The notes beneath the pieces are model-generated. The model searched no databases. It saw only the letters and a list, made by a program, of their open reading frames with translations, and was not told where the DNA came from. From positions 455,416 to 519,415 of the forward strand of contig CBDCCY010000001.1 of assembly GCA_965215155.1 (NCBI GenBank): 64,000 nucleotides of DNA, read 5' to 3'. Below, piece after piece: positions 40,266-49,268 of this stretch; position 1 is the first letter of the stretch; each line of letters begins with the position of its first letter. The translations under genes and the position numbers were made by a program. The stretch is from Vicinamibacterales bacterium (GTDB lineage: Bacteria; Acidobacteriota; Vicinamibacteria; Vicinamibacterales; UBA8438).

Positions 40266-41831
40266 TCACTGCACGTGCTTCCGCCAGGTGCCGATCGCGT
40301 CCTCGAGCGCGGTGCGGAAGACCATGAGGTCGCGGCGTCCGCCGTGGGCCTCCAGCTTGCCGACGACGCGCGCCACCTGCTGCTCGGTGCGGTTGAGCTC
40401 GTCGGCGACGGCGGCGAGCGCGGCCCTCGAGCCGGGGCGCTGCCGCGGAGCGCCGTCGAGCAGGTCCTCGAGGTTGCGCATCAGGGCCCGCAATTCGTCC
40501 GCGGCGAGCCCGAAGGCGCTGGCGTAGGAGGGCGTGTCTCGCGAGAGCATCTGCCACACCCAGACCTCGGGCGGCCCGTCGCCCGGCAGGAACAGGGGGC
40601 GGATGCGGCGCCCGAACTCCTCCGCGACGCCGGCGAGGCGCGGCTCCACGTCGCGGGAGCTCCCGTCGAGCACGAACACGAACTCGCTCAGCTTGCCGCA
40701 CTGCCCGAGCGTGCGAACCTGGGCGGGCAGGTCGCCGGGGCCTGCGTTGCGGCCGATGTCGAAGTCGTCGGGGCGCAGCCCCAGCCGGGCGCCCAGGGCG
40801 TCGAGCACGCCCAGGATCAGCCCCTCGGCGACGTCGTCCTGGCACAGGATGGACAGGCGGTCGATCGACTGCCCGTAGAGCGACCGCTGCACGACGTCGC
40901 GATAGGCGGGCAGGCGGCGGACGTCGCCGGGCCAGCGCTCGCGGTCGAGCACGATGCGGGCGTCCGGCGGCACGCTGTTCAGCACGACGGCGCTGTGCGA
41001 CGCCACGATGACCTGCAGGCGCCGGCGGAGCGCGAGACGCTGCAGCTCCAGCATCACCTGCTGCTGGGTGTGCGGATGGAGGCCGGTCTCCACCTCGTCG
41101 ATGAGGACGAGCGCGTCCTCGAGCTCCGAGAGGTCCTTCGACATGCGGAGGATCGTGCGCTCTCCGGACGACATGTGGAACTCGGAGTAGCTGACGTCGC
41201 CCGGCCCGTCGACGGCCGCGAACAGCAGGTCGCGGGTGCGCATGCGGAAGAGCGACAACCGCCGGTAGCGGAGCGGCAGGATGCGGTGGGCGAAGATGAG
41301 GAGCTCCGGAGAAAGGTCGGTCACCTCCGCCGCTGTCCCGGCAGGGTTGGCCCGCCGTTCGGCCCTCGGGTAGGCATGACCCGAGAAGCGCCGGAGGTAG
41401 AGAGGCCGCTGCGGCTGCCGGCCGCCCCGCCTTCCCATGAAGCTGCGCGTCCAGGACTTGTTGCGGCGCCACAGCATGGACAGGCGCTCGGCGTCGTGCA
41501 GGTAGTAGAACTCGAGCTCCGTGGGGTCGACCGCGTCGGCGAGGGCCGTCGATTCCCCGCCGGCGAAGTGCGGGAAGAGCGTCGCCGGCGCGAATTCCCA
41601 CGGTCCCCGGCCCGGGACCCGGTAGGCGCAGGCGCACGCGAAGAGGACGGTCGACTTGCCGCACCCGTTCGGACCCGCGAGCACGGAAACCGGGTAGTCG
41701 AAGGTGATGCGGAGGTCGCGGATGCCGCGCAGGTTCCGAATCCGAACGTCGTACAGCCCGAATCGGCGCTCCACGCCGCTCGCCCGCAGCGATCGCCAGA
41801 CGTCCCGCAGCTCCCGGTTGACGAGCGACAT
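40266..41831 (-). CDS. ABC/SMC-type ATPase with C-terminal Toprim/DUF4435-like domain (OLD / fused-PARIS-like)
   Basis: ATG at 41831 lies 8 nt after GAGGA (alternative GTG at 41873). Walker A LAGPNGCGKST, MSSGERTIL, Walker B ALVLIDEVETGLHP, IVASHS. C-terminal acidic motifs SILCQDDVAEG, FVFVLDGSSRD and LPGDGPPEVWVW. Confidence 0.65.
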   Translation of the reverse strand: MSLVNRELRDVWRSLRASGVERRFGLYDVRIRNLRGIRDLRITFDYPVSVLAGPNGCGKSTVLFACACAYRVPGRGPWEFAPATLFPHFAGGESTALADAVDPTELEFYYLHDAERLSMLWRRNKSWTRSFMGRRGGRQPQRPLYLRRFSGHAYPRAERRANPAGTAAEVTDLSPELLIFAHRILPLRYRRLSLFRMRTRDLLFAAVDGPGDVSYSEFHMSSGERTILRMSKDLSELEDALVLIDEVETGLHPHTQQQVMLELQRLALRRRLQVIVASHSAVVLNSVPPDARIVLDRERWPGDVRRLPAYRDVVQRSLYGQSIDRLSILCQDDVAEGLILGVLDALGARLGLRPDDFDIGRNAGPGDLPAQVRTLGQCGKLSEFVFVLDGSSRDVEPRLAGVAEEFGRRIRPLFLPGDGPPEVWVWQMLSRDTPSYASAFGLAADELRALMRNLEDLLDGAPRQRPGSRAALAAVADELNRTEQQVARVVGKLEAHGGRRDLMVFRTALEDAIGTWRKHVQ

Positions 41832-41954
41832 GCCGATCGTCCTCGCACGGCGCGACCGTGCAAACCGTATCACGGCGCAACGCGCCCCATGCGTGCTGTA
41901 GCACGTCTCGTACCACTTGCCGGTGAGGGTCGGGAGCCGGGGAGGCGGGCGAGG

Positions 41955-41992
41955 AGAAAGCGCCCCGGGGCGGGCCGGCTACCCCGGGGCGC
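41955..41992 (-). terminator. Candidate intrinsic terminator downstream of the MBL-hydrolase gene
   Basis: Perfect 11-bp GC stem GCGCCCCGGGG / CCCCGGGGCGC (41960-41970 and 41982-41992), followed on the minus strand by TTTCTCC. Confidence 0.45.
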
Positions 41993-42022
41993 GACAAGCC
42001 GCTGGCGCCCGGCGGACGCGTG

Positions 42023-42102
42023 CTAGCGCGCCCTGACGGGCGCGTTGGGAGTCTGCGCTGGCACGAACCGCTCCATGGCACGTTCTGCGCGCAGACTCCT
42101 AG
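42023..42102. repeat. CTAG-bounded palindromic element, unit A (80 bp), cleanest copy
   Basis: CTAGCGCGCCCTGACGGGCGCGTTGGGAGTCTGCGCTGGCACGAACCGCTCCATGGCACGTTCTGCGCGCAGACTCCTAG, with CTAG at both ends. The right-hand CTAG contains the stop codon of 42099..43007. Confidence 0.85.
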
Positions 42103-43007
42103 CCGTCGCTCAGCTCGTCGTAGGCCACGCCGAGCACGCCGGAGAGGCTGAGCAGCGCGAACGGCGAGATGTAATCGTCGAAGCCGTCGAGCGACTCGGT
42201 GGCCGTGATCTCGTCGCGGGAGCGGCCGGCCTGCATCTCGCGGCGCGTCAGCTCGAGGGCGGCGCTGAAGTAGTCGGCGAGGTGGGTGAGGTCCGCCTGT
42301 GTCCCGGTCACCCCGGCGGCGGGGCTCCCGTGCCCGAAGACGTAGATGGTGTCGGCATCGTGCGCGGCCACGACCTGCTGCAACGTGGTGATCCAGTTCG
42401 CAATCCGGGCTCCCGAGGACCGGTCCACGAAGGGATGCAGCCGGTTGAACATCAGGTCGCCCATGTGGACGACGTTGGCCTGCTCGAACGTCAACACCGC
42501 GTCGCCGCTGGTGTGTCCGGCGCCGTGGTGGCGCGCCACGATCGTCTCGTCCCCGACGGTCGTCTCCCATGTGTCGCTGAAGGTCACGTCCGGGAAGGGG
42601 TCGGCGCTCCCGGTCTGCTGCGTCGTCTGCCGCTGCCAGTCGGCGCTGTTCTCGTGGGCCACGATCGAGCCGACGACCGGCCGGAAGGTCCCGTTGCCGC
42701 CGGTGTGGTCGCCGTGGTGATGCGAGTTGATCAGCAGGTCGATGGCGCGGTCCGAGCGCTCGCCGATGCCGTCGATGCAGGCCTGCGCCGCCGCCGCGTT
42801 CTGGCTGTCGATGACGACGATGCCGTCGCCGTTGATCAGCCATCCGATCGTCCCGCCCTGGCCGTTGAAGATGCCCACGCCGCGCCGCAGGTCCTCGAAC
42901 GAGGTGACCAGCTCGCCCTGCTGAGCCCACCCGGGCGGGGGCCGGAGCGCGGCCGCCAGGGCCGTCATTGCCGAGGTGCCGAGAAACGTCCGCCTGTCGA
43001 TGATCAT
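42099..43007 (-). CDS. MBL-fold metallo-hydrolase with Tat signal
   Basis: MIIDRRTFLGTSAMTALAAALRPPPGWAQ. HHHGDH metal motif. RBS GAGGAG. Confidence 0.85.
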   Translation of the reverse strand: MIIDRRTFLGTSAMTALAAALRPPPGWAQQGELVTSFEDLRRGVGIFNGQGGTIGWLINGDGIVVIDSQNAAAAQACIDGIGERSDRAIDLLINSHHHGDHTGGNGTFRPVVGSIVAHENSADWQRQTTQQTGSADPFPDVTFSDTWETTVGDETIVARHHGAGHTSGDAVLTFEQANVVHMGDLMFNRLHPFVDRSSGARIANWITTLQQVVAAHDADTIYVFGHGSPAAGVTGTQADLTHLADYFSAALELTRREMQAGRSRDEITATESLDGFDDYISPFALLSLSGVLGVAYDELSDG

Positions 43008-43111
43008 GATTCCGTTCTCCTCAACGCGCTTCCCTCAGGGCGGGGGCCGGTTCGGACAGGCCGGACCACCCGCAGCTCGCGCCGCTCGCGCACGCCGCCG
43101 CACGCCGGGCG

Positions 43112-44416
43112 TCAGTCGACGATGGCCTCGTGGACGAGCTGCCGCACCCGGGCCTGGTCGTCGATGTCGCCCGCTGGTATCAACTGCGTCAGGTGGACGA
43201 CGAGGAGCTCCTCCTCGGGGTCCACCCAGTAGGCCGAGTGATAGGCGCCGTACCAGCCGTACTCGCCGGTGGACGCCGGCAGCCCGCCCGCAGCCGGATC
43301 CTGCACCACGAAGAAGCCGAGACCGAAACCCTGCCCGACGCCGAACGGAAACGGCAGGCGCCCGAGATGGTCGGTCGTCATCAGCTCCACGGTCTCGGGG
43401 CTCAGTATTCGCGCGCCGTCGAGCTCGCCGCCGTTGGCCATCGCCTGCAGGAACCGCGAGTAGTCGGCGGCGGTCGAGACGAAGCCGGCTCCGCCGGAGA
43501 AGCTCGCCCGCGGGCCCTCGACGTACGCGCCCTGGCCGATCGCCGCCCCGAACGGGTCGCGATCGGTCTCGTGCCCCGCGTCCGGCGCACGCTCGATGCC
43601 GCCGGCCGTCGCCGAGTAGACGGTCGCGAGCCGCCCCGCCTTGGCGGGCGGAAGGTAGAAATGCGTGTCGACCATGCCGAGCGGGTCCAGGATGCGCTCG
43701 CGCATGAAGACGTCGAGCGGCTGCCCGCTGACCCGCTCGATCAGCGCGCCCAGGATGTCGGTGTTGTAGCCGTAGACGAACGCCGTTCCCGGCTGCGCGT
43801 CGAACGGCAGGTCGGCCAGGCGCTTCATCGTCTCGCCGATCGGCTCGTCGCGGTCGCCGAAGTACCAGCCGACGATGCCGGCGTCCTGCCAGGCCTTGCC
43901 AGCCGGTCCCCCGCCATAGCCGATGCCGGCCGTGTGGGTCAGCAGGTCGCGGATGGTGATGGCGCGCTCCGCCGGAACGACGCGGTAACCGCCGTTGCCG
44001 TCCGGCTCGGCGACCGTGGTCTCGAGGTACTCGGGAAGAAACCGGCCGACCGGGTCGCCGATCTCGAGGCGGCCCTCCTCCTGCAGCATCAGGATGCCCA
44101 CGCTGATCGGCGCCTTGGTCTGCGACGCGATGCGGAAGATGACGTCGTCGGTCATCGGAGCTCCCGCCTCGCGGTCCTGGTAGCCGACCCCCTCCGAGTA
44201 GACCACCTTGCCGCGGCGCGCCACCAGCGTGACCGCGCCCGCCAGCCGGCCGTCGTCCACGTAGCCCTGGAGCGCTTCCGTGAGCCGCTCGAGGCGCTCT
44301 CCCGACATGCCCACCGATTCCGGGGAAGCCTGCGGCAGGCCCTGCGCGAGCGAGGTCGGGACCGCCACCGCCAGCAGGAGGCCGGCGAAGGCGAGTCGAC
44401 GGATCCAGAAGTTCAT
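43112..44416 (-). CDS. Serine hydrolase, beta-lactamase/PBP4*-like (class C fold)
   Basis: Signal peptide present. SxxK motif FRIASQTKAP. Beta-lactamase-family length and blocks. Confidence 0.8.
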   Translation of the reverse strand: MNFWIRRLAFAGLLLAVAVPTSLAQGLPQASPESVGMSGERLERLTEALQGYVDDGRLAGAVTLVARRGKVVYSEGVGYQDREAGAPMTDDVIFRIASQTKAPISVGILMLQEEGRLEIGDPVGRFLPEYLETTVAEPDGNGGYRVVPAERAITIRDLLTHTAGIGYGGGPAGKAWQDAGIVGWYFGDRDEPIGETMKRLADLPFDAQPGTAFVYGYNTDILGALIERVSGQPLDVFMRERILDPLGMVDTHFYLPPAKAGRLATVYSATAGGIERAPDAGHETDRDPFGAAIGQGAYVEGPRASFSGGAGFVSTAADYSRFLQAMANGGELDGARILSPETVELMTTDHLGRLPFPFGVGQGFGLGFFVVQDPAAGGLPASTGEYGWYGAYHSAYWVDPEEELLVVHLTQLIPAGDIDDQARVRQLVHEAIVD

Positions 44417-44742
44417 GGGGTCACCTGTCCGTTTCCGTGCGTTGAAGCCGTGGCCGGCCCCGCCGGGCCGGCTTCGTTCGCGGATACCGGCCGATTATAG
44501 CCACGGCGACCCTGGCGACCACGTGCGCCGCTCGGCGCGGGCCGTCCGCCGCGACCGGCGGAAGGCGGAGTGCCCAGGCACTCCGCCGCCATACCCGGAG
44601 GTGATAATCTGGTGCGGAAGCGTGGGCGCCCGACCCGGCCGCTCGGGCCGCGGCGCGAGGCGCCCGGTGTGGGGCAGCACGGCTGCCCGATGACCGCCCG
44701 CCCAGCCGCTCCGGCTGCGGGCACAAGTATGGAGAGGTCAGG

Positions 44743-45783
44743 ATGCAGCATCGATTCCTCGTTGCCGTGTTGGCGCTCGCGGCCGCGACGGCGCTGGCCC
44801 CCGGTCTCGCGGTTGCGCAGTCGCAGTCCGCCGCCCCACCGCCGGCGCCCGGCTTCGACACCGCGCTGACCGAGGCCGACGCCTCGGGCGCGGACTGGAC
44901 GCTGGGTCGCACGGCGTGGGGCGACCCGGACCTCCAGGGAATCTGGAACAACGTGACGGCGACGCGGCTCGAGCGGCCCGCGGACTTCGCCGACCGCGCC
45001 GAGCTGACGGCCGAGGAATCGGCCCAGTTCTCGGCCGAGCTCGCGGAGCAGCGCGCGGAGCGCGAGGCGCAGCCGCACACCGGATACGCGGCGAGCATCT
45101 GGTTCGAGTCGAGCGACCTGCTCGCCGGCAACCGCACCTCGCTGCTCGTCGATCCGCCGGACGGCCGGTTGCCGCAGTTGACGTCGGTAGCCGCGCGGAT
45201 GGCGGAGGTGGTGGCGGAGGCGCGCCGCGTCAGCCCCGCCGACACCTGGTGGGACCGCGGGCCCTACGAGCGGTGCGTGTCGCGCGGGCTGCCCGGGGCG
45301 ATGATGCCCGGCTTCTACAACCACAACTACCAGATCCTGCAGACACCGGACCACGTCGTCATCCTCGTCGAGATGATCCACGACGCGCGGATCGTCCCGC
45401 TGGACGGGCGCGACCACGTGGACGGCAACATCAGGCAGTGGCTGGGCGACTCGCGCGGCCGCTGGGAGGGCGACACGCTCGTGGTCGAGACCACCAACCT
45501 GCCGCACGTCGACCAGCGCGGCGTCGCGGTCTTCGGAACCAGCGAGCAGGGCCGCGTGATCGAGCGCTTCACCCGGATCGACGAGAACACGATGGACTAC
45601 CGGGTAACGGTCGACGACCCGGCTACCTTCACCGCCGAGTGGACGGCGTCGATCCCGATGCGGCGCATCGAGGGGCCGATCTTCGAGTACGCCTGCCACG
45701 AGGGGAACTACGGCCTGACGAACATCCTCGCCGGCCATCGCCGGGAGGAAGCCGAGGCTGCGGCCGCTCTCGCCGCTCGGTAG
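44743..45783 (+). CDS. Secreted protein of unknown function (paralog 3 of 3)
   Basis: ATG after GGAGAGG. Signal peptide ends LAVAQSQ. WGDPDLQGIWNN, ILQTPDHVVILVE, GDSRGRWEGDTLVVETTN and VDDPATFTAEWT are shared with 6765..7778 and 7775..8752. Confidence 0.7.
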   Translation: MQHRFLVAVLALAAATALAPGLAVAQSQSAAPPPAPGFDTALTEADASGADWTLGRTAWGDPDLQGIWNNVTATRLERPADFADRAELTAEESAQFSAELAEQRAEREAQPHTGYAASIWFESSDLLAGNRTSLLVDPPDGRLPQLTSVAARMAEVVAEARRVSPADTWWDRGPYERCVSRGLPGAMMPGFYNHNYQILQTPDHVVILVEMIHDARIVPLDGRDHVDGNIRQWLGDSRGRWEGDTLVVETTNLPHVDQRGVAVFGTSEQGRVIERFTRIDENTMDYRVTVDDPATFTAEWTASIPMRRIEGPIFEYACHEGNYGLTNILAGHRREEAEAAAALAAR

Positions 45784-45796
45784 AAGTAGCTGCCGC

Positions 45797-45826
45797 GGGG
45801 CGGGCGGCCCGCTCGGCCGCCCGTCC
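45797..45826 (+). terminator. Candidate terminator hairpin in a convergent spacer
   Basis: GGGGCGGGCGGCC-CGCTC-GGCCGCCCGTCC (one mismatch), followed within 20 nt by GGTGTTTG. Confidence 0.35.
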
Positions 45827-46020
45827 GCCGGTACCGGTTCGGTGTTTGCGCCGCAGCCTGCGACGGAGGTCGGTCGGCGCGGGGCACGCAACGAGGTCGG
45901 CTTCCCCGGGTAGGAGCACGCTGCTGCAGGACCCGTCCCGCCGGAGGCTCGCGCCGGCCAGCGAGGCCCCTGGCGCCCCCGTCAGGGCTCGCGCCCAGCG
46001 GCCAAGGCGGCGCTCCCGCC

Positions 46021-47961
46021 TTACGGCAGGACCTCCACCGCGCCGGTATAGAGGCTGAGGGGGAGCTGGGCGTCCGATTCGGGCCAGAACGCGAACGCCT
46101 CCATCGTGTAGCCGCCGGGCTTGTCGGCGGGGAAGGCCACGTCGATCTCGAAGCGATCCACGTTGAGCTCGTCGCACACGTAGATGCGCTCGTCGGTGGG
46201 CGCACCGTAGCGGCGCAGCCGCAGGCAGGCCGCGTAGTAGTCGGTCCGGTCGGTGAGCGTGACGCGACCCGACACCGAGACGGTGGTCCCGGCCTGCAGG
46301 CAGCCTCCGAACTCGGCGTCCAGCTCGACCCCGACCAGGGCGTCCCTGCCCACCCGGGCGCAGCGCCCGCTGGGACCCGTGACGTAGGCCCCGCCGGTCG
46401 TCCGGATGCTGGTCGTCATGTACGCGCGGCCGCCGGTCGCTTCCGCGAAGCTCGGATAGCGGTGCCAGCTCGTGACCCCCGACGACTCGCCCAGCCGCTG
46501 GGCGAGGTAGTTCACCAGGTCCATCTCGGACTGCGGCGCGAGCCCGTTCCGGGAGACGTAGACGACGGCGCGGCGGACATGCGTGGCGGCGGGGCCGCTC
46601 CGCACGCCGTCGGCCGCCAGCAGGTCGTTGACCGTCACCTCGACCGTCCCGCCGGAGACCTCGGTGCCCGGCGCCGGGGCGCTGCTCGTCGCCGCGTCGA
46701 ACTGTCCCTGGTCGAGGAAGACGCTGACCGACGGCACGGCGGCGGCGGACAGGAGCCCCATGCGGTAGAGCGTCAGGGGGTGGTAGGTCACCAGCGGCTG
46801 GGTGGCCTCGATCTGGAATCCGCCGGCCGCGGCGTCCGCTCCGCCCTGTCCGACCCGCACGTGTCCCCTGAGCACGGCGCCGTAGGTGACCGCGCCCGGG
46901 GTGAGCAGCGGCGTGTGGCCGTCGGGATCGTGACCCACACGGTCGATGCTCCAGGCGTCCGTGTACTCGCCGTACTGGTGCCCCTGCTCGTGGAGGACCG
47001 TCTCCCAGCTCGCCCAGCCGCCCGGCGGGTACGCCTCGACACCCCGCAGTACGCCCGCGCTGCCGTAGGTGGCGGAGTCGTCGAAGAGGCCGAGGCCGAT
47101 CCCGCCGACGTCGTTGCGGACCACCTGGTGAAACCCGTCGTAGTCCGCGAGCTGCGCCGTCTGGCTGACGACGGCAATGACGTCGTACGCATCGGCGAAG
47201 TACTGGTAGAAGACGCGGGTGATCTCCGGGAGGTTGAGCGCGGTATCGCCGCCCAGGAGGCGCGAGTCGCCGAAGTCGGCATCCGAGATGTTCACCACGT
47301 GGCTGGCGTACTGCACGCGGTCGTTGATCCGGATCACCGTGGAGGCGGGGACGTTCGGCGGCGTCATGGCGAGGTGGACCTTCACGTGCGCGCCGCTGCC
47401 CGGCACGACCAGCCGCCCCCAGTAGAGCCGCGGCGTGTCGACGCCCCACGCGTAGCGCCGCAACGTCTCGCGGAGCATGGCGGCGTCCCAGGTCGGATTG
47501 AACACGCTCACGAGGTGCCCGGCCACGGCCGTGGTACCGGTGCGCGTCCACGTCTCGGCGGTGTGCTGGTCCGCGGCGTCCGCGTCGACGCGCTCGAACG
47601 TCACCGTCGCGTGGTCGCCGAGCACGAGGAAGTTCGTGAAGCCGAACGACCCCACGTGGGTCGGAAGCAGGAACCGGGGGAACTGATCCGCGCGCAGCGG
47701 CCGCCCGTCGGCCAGGGGCTCCATGTCCCCGGCGACGTTCGCCCGCGCGGGATCGCCCGCGAAGGGCGCCGCGGCCAGCGGCATCGGTATGGGGGGCGTC
47801 GCGCACCGCGCGCCGAGCGCCGGGGGGGGCTCCGGGAGGAGCGCCAGAGGCGCCAGGCGCTCCGCGAGGGACTGCGCCGGCGCAGACGTGGGGACCAGCA
47901 GCAGGCACGCCGCCAGAGCCGCCCGCGCGACGCACAGCACCCACCGTCCCCGTGTGGTCAC
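46021..47961 (-). CDS. Secreted putative Zn-metallopeptidase (HExxH), family not recognised
   Basis: GTG at 47961 (or 47940). Signal peptide LLLVPTSAPAQS. Single HEQGH motif (TVLHEQGHQYGEY). 646 aa. Confidence 0.55.
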   Translation of the reverse strand: MTTRGRWVLCVARAALAACLLLVPTSAPAQSLAERLAPLALLPEPPPALGARCATPPIPMPLAAAPFAGDPARANVAGDMEPLADGRPLRADQFPRFLLPTHVGSFGFTNFLVLGDHATVTFERVDADAADQHTAETWTRTGTTAVAGHLVSVFNPTWDAAMLRETLRRYAWGVDTPRLYWGRLVVPGSGAHVKVHLAMTPPNVPASTVIRINDRVQYASHVVNISDADFGDSRLLGGDTALNLPEITRVFYQYFADAYDVIAVVSQTAQLADYDGFHQVVRNDVGGIGLGLFDDSATYGSAGVLRGVEAYPPGGWASWETVLHEQGHQYGEYTDAWSIDRVGHDPDGHTPLLTPGAVTYGAVLRGHVRVGQGGADAAAGGFQIEATQPLVTYHPLTLYRMGLLSAAAVPSVSVFLDQGQFDAATSSAPAPGTEVSGGTVEVTVNDLLAADGVRSGPAATHVRRAVVYVSRNGLAPQSEMDLVNYLAQRLGESSGVTSWHRYPSFAEATGGRAYMTTSIRTTGGAYVTGPSGRCARVGRDALVGVELDAEFGGCLQAGTTVSVSGRVTLTDRTDYYAACLRLRRYGAPTDERIYVCDELNVDRFEIDVAFPADKPGGYTMEAFAFWPESDAQLPLSLYTGAVEVLP

Positions 47962-47990
47962 TTGAGTCCCTCGGGCGTCCCGTGCGCGGA

Positions 47991-49175
47991 TCACGCGCAC
48001 GCCGCACCCGGCGCCGCAGCCTCGAACCGCTGGGCGACCTGCAGACCGCCGCGCGTAGCGCGGGCCGCGTACATGGACATCGTAGCGTATCCGTCCGATC
48101 CGAGCGAGATCGGCCCGGTCGCCGCCTCCATGCGGAGGCCGTCGAGGGCGGCGCGCACGGCGCCTGCGGCCGTCGTACCCGCCGCGTCCATTGCCTGGGC
48201 GAGGGCGCGGATGGCCGTATGGTGCGAGAACGCGACGTGGGTGACCAGATCGTCGCCGGTGTGCCGGCGCGCGCGCGCGACGAACTCGCGGACGCCGGCG
48301 CGGTCCTCGCTCGCGACGAAGGGCACCGACGTCCAGGCCTCGACGCCGTCCGGAAGCTGCGAAGCCTGCCACTCGCTGAACTCCAGGAAGTGGTAGGCGA
48401 ACTCCGACGCGATCCCCAGCGAGGCGGCCTGCGTGACGACGTTCACGGCGTAGGGCCGGGGGATGGAGATCCAGAAGTTCTCGGCCTCGAGGTCGTGCGC
48501 CCACCGCACGAGGCTCGTGTACTCGCCGGGGTGGTTGCCGCGGATGGGCGTCGTGACCAGCGCCGCCCCCGCGGCGCCCCCCTGCACGCGGCGATAGAAC
48601 TGGTTCGAGACGGTCCGCTGGGAGGGGCTCCAGTCGGAGACCTGAAAGGTGCGCCGCCGCGACTCGGGGCCGCGATGCTCGACCAGCGTCGCAATCGCCT
48701 GGAGCGTCGTCGATCCGAAGTGGGCGACCCGGCCGCAGTAGGTGCCCGGCGTCTGGACGGCGTGCACGACCGGCACGTCCAGCCCCTCGCGCTCGAGGGC
48801 CCGGTCCAGGTACGGGGGCATCGCCATGACGAAGCCGCCCACGAGCGCCTCGACACCCTCGTTGCGAATCAGGTCCGTGGCCGCCCGGGCACCCGGCGCG
48901 GGGCTGCCCTGGTCGTCGGCGACGAGCAGCTCGACCTGCCGCCCGAGGACGCCTCCGCTCGCGTTGAGCTCGGCGATCGCCAGCTCGAGCCCGAGCCGCA
49001 TCTGATCGTCGTAGGGCTGTATCAGCTCGTCCTGTCCCTGCGCGTCCCGATGCGAGATGAGCGCGCCGATGCGCAACGGCCGGGACTGGAGAATCGCGGG
49101 GAAGGCGGGCGCGGCGGCCGTGGCCCCCACGCCGACCCCGATCGCGGCCAGGGCCTCTCGACGGCTGATCCTCAT
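47991..49175 (-). CDS. Periplasmic solute-binding protein (Leu/Ile/Val/amide-type, Peripla_BP_6-like) with Tat-like signal
   Basis: MRISRREALAAIGVGVGATAAAPA. LRIGALIS...GLELAIAELNASGGVLGRQVELLVADDQGSP is typical of type-I SBPs. Confidence 0.75.
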   Translation of the reverse strand: MRISRREALAAIGVGVGATAAAPAFPAILQSRPLRIGALISHRDAQGQDELIQPYDDQMRLGLELAIAELNASGGVLGRQVELLVADDQGSPAPGARAATDLIRNEGVEALVGGFVMAMPPYLDRALEREGLDVPVVHAVQTPGTYCGRVAHFGSTTLQAIATLVEHRGPESRRRTFQVSDWSPSQRTVSNQFYRRVQGGAAGAALVTTPIRGNHPGEYTSLVRWAHDLEAENFWISIPRPYAVNVVTQAASLGIASEFAYHFLEFSEWQASQLPDGVEAWTSVPFVASEDRAGVREFVARARRHTGDDLVTHVAFSHHTAIRALAQAMDAAGTTAAGAVRAALDGLRMEAATGPISLGSDGYATMSMYAARATRGGLQVAQRFEAAAPGAACA

Positions 49176-49268
49176 CGTGGTCTCCTTCGCGGTCTGCTCT
49201 TCCCTTTTCGGCCGTCCCGCGCGCCGACCATATACCGGCGCCGGCGACGTGCCCGTGTGCGACCCTCG

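Noticed and set aside
38815-42930. 1371-aa minus-strand ORF, and the plus-strand ORFs 38529..40247 and 40248..42026, overlapping the ATPase cassette.
   Set aside because: They are Arg/Pro-rich shadow frames. The frames chosen instead contain complete Walker A, signature, Walker B and H-loop sets.
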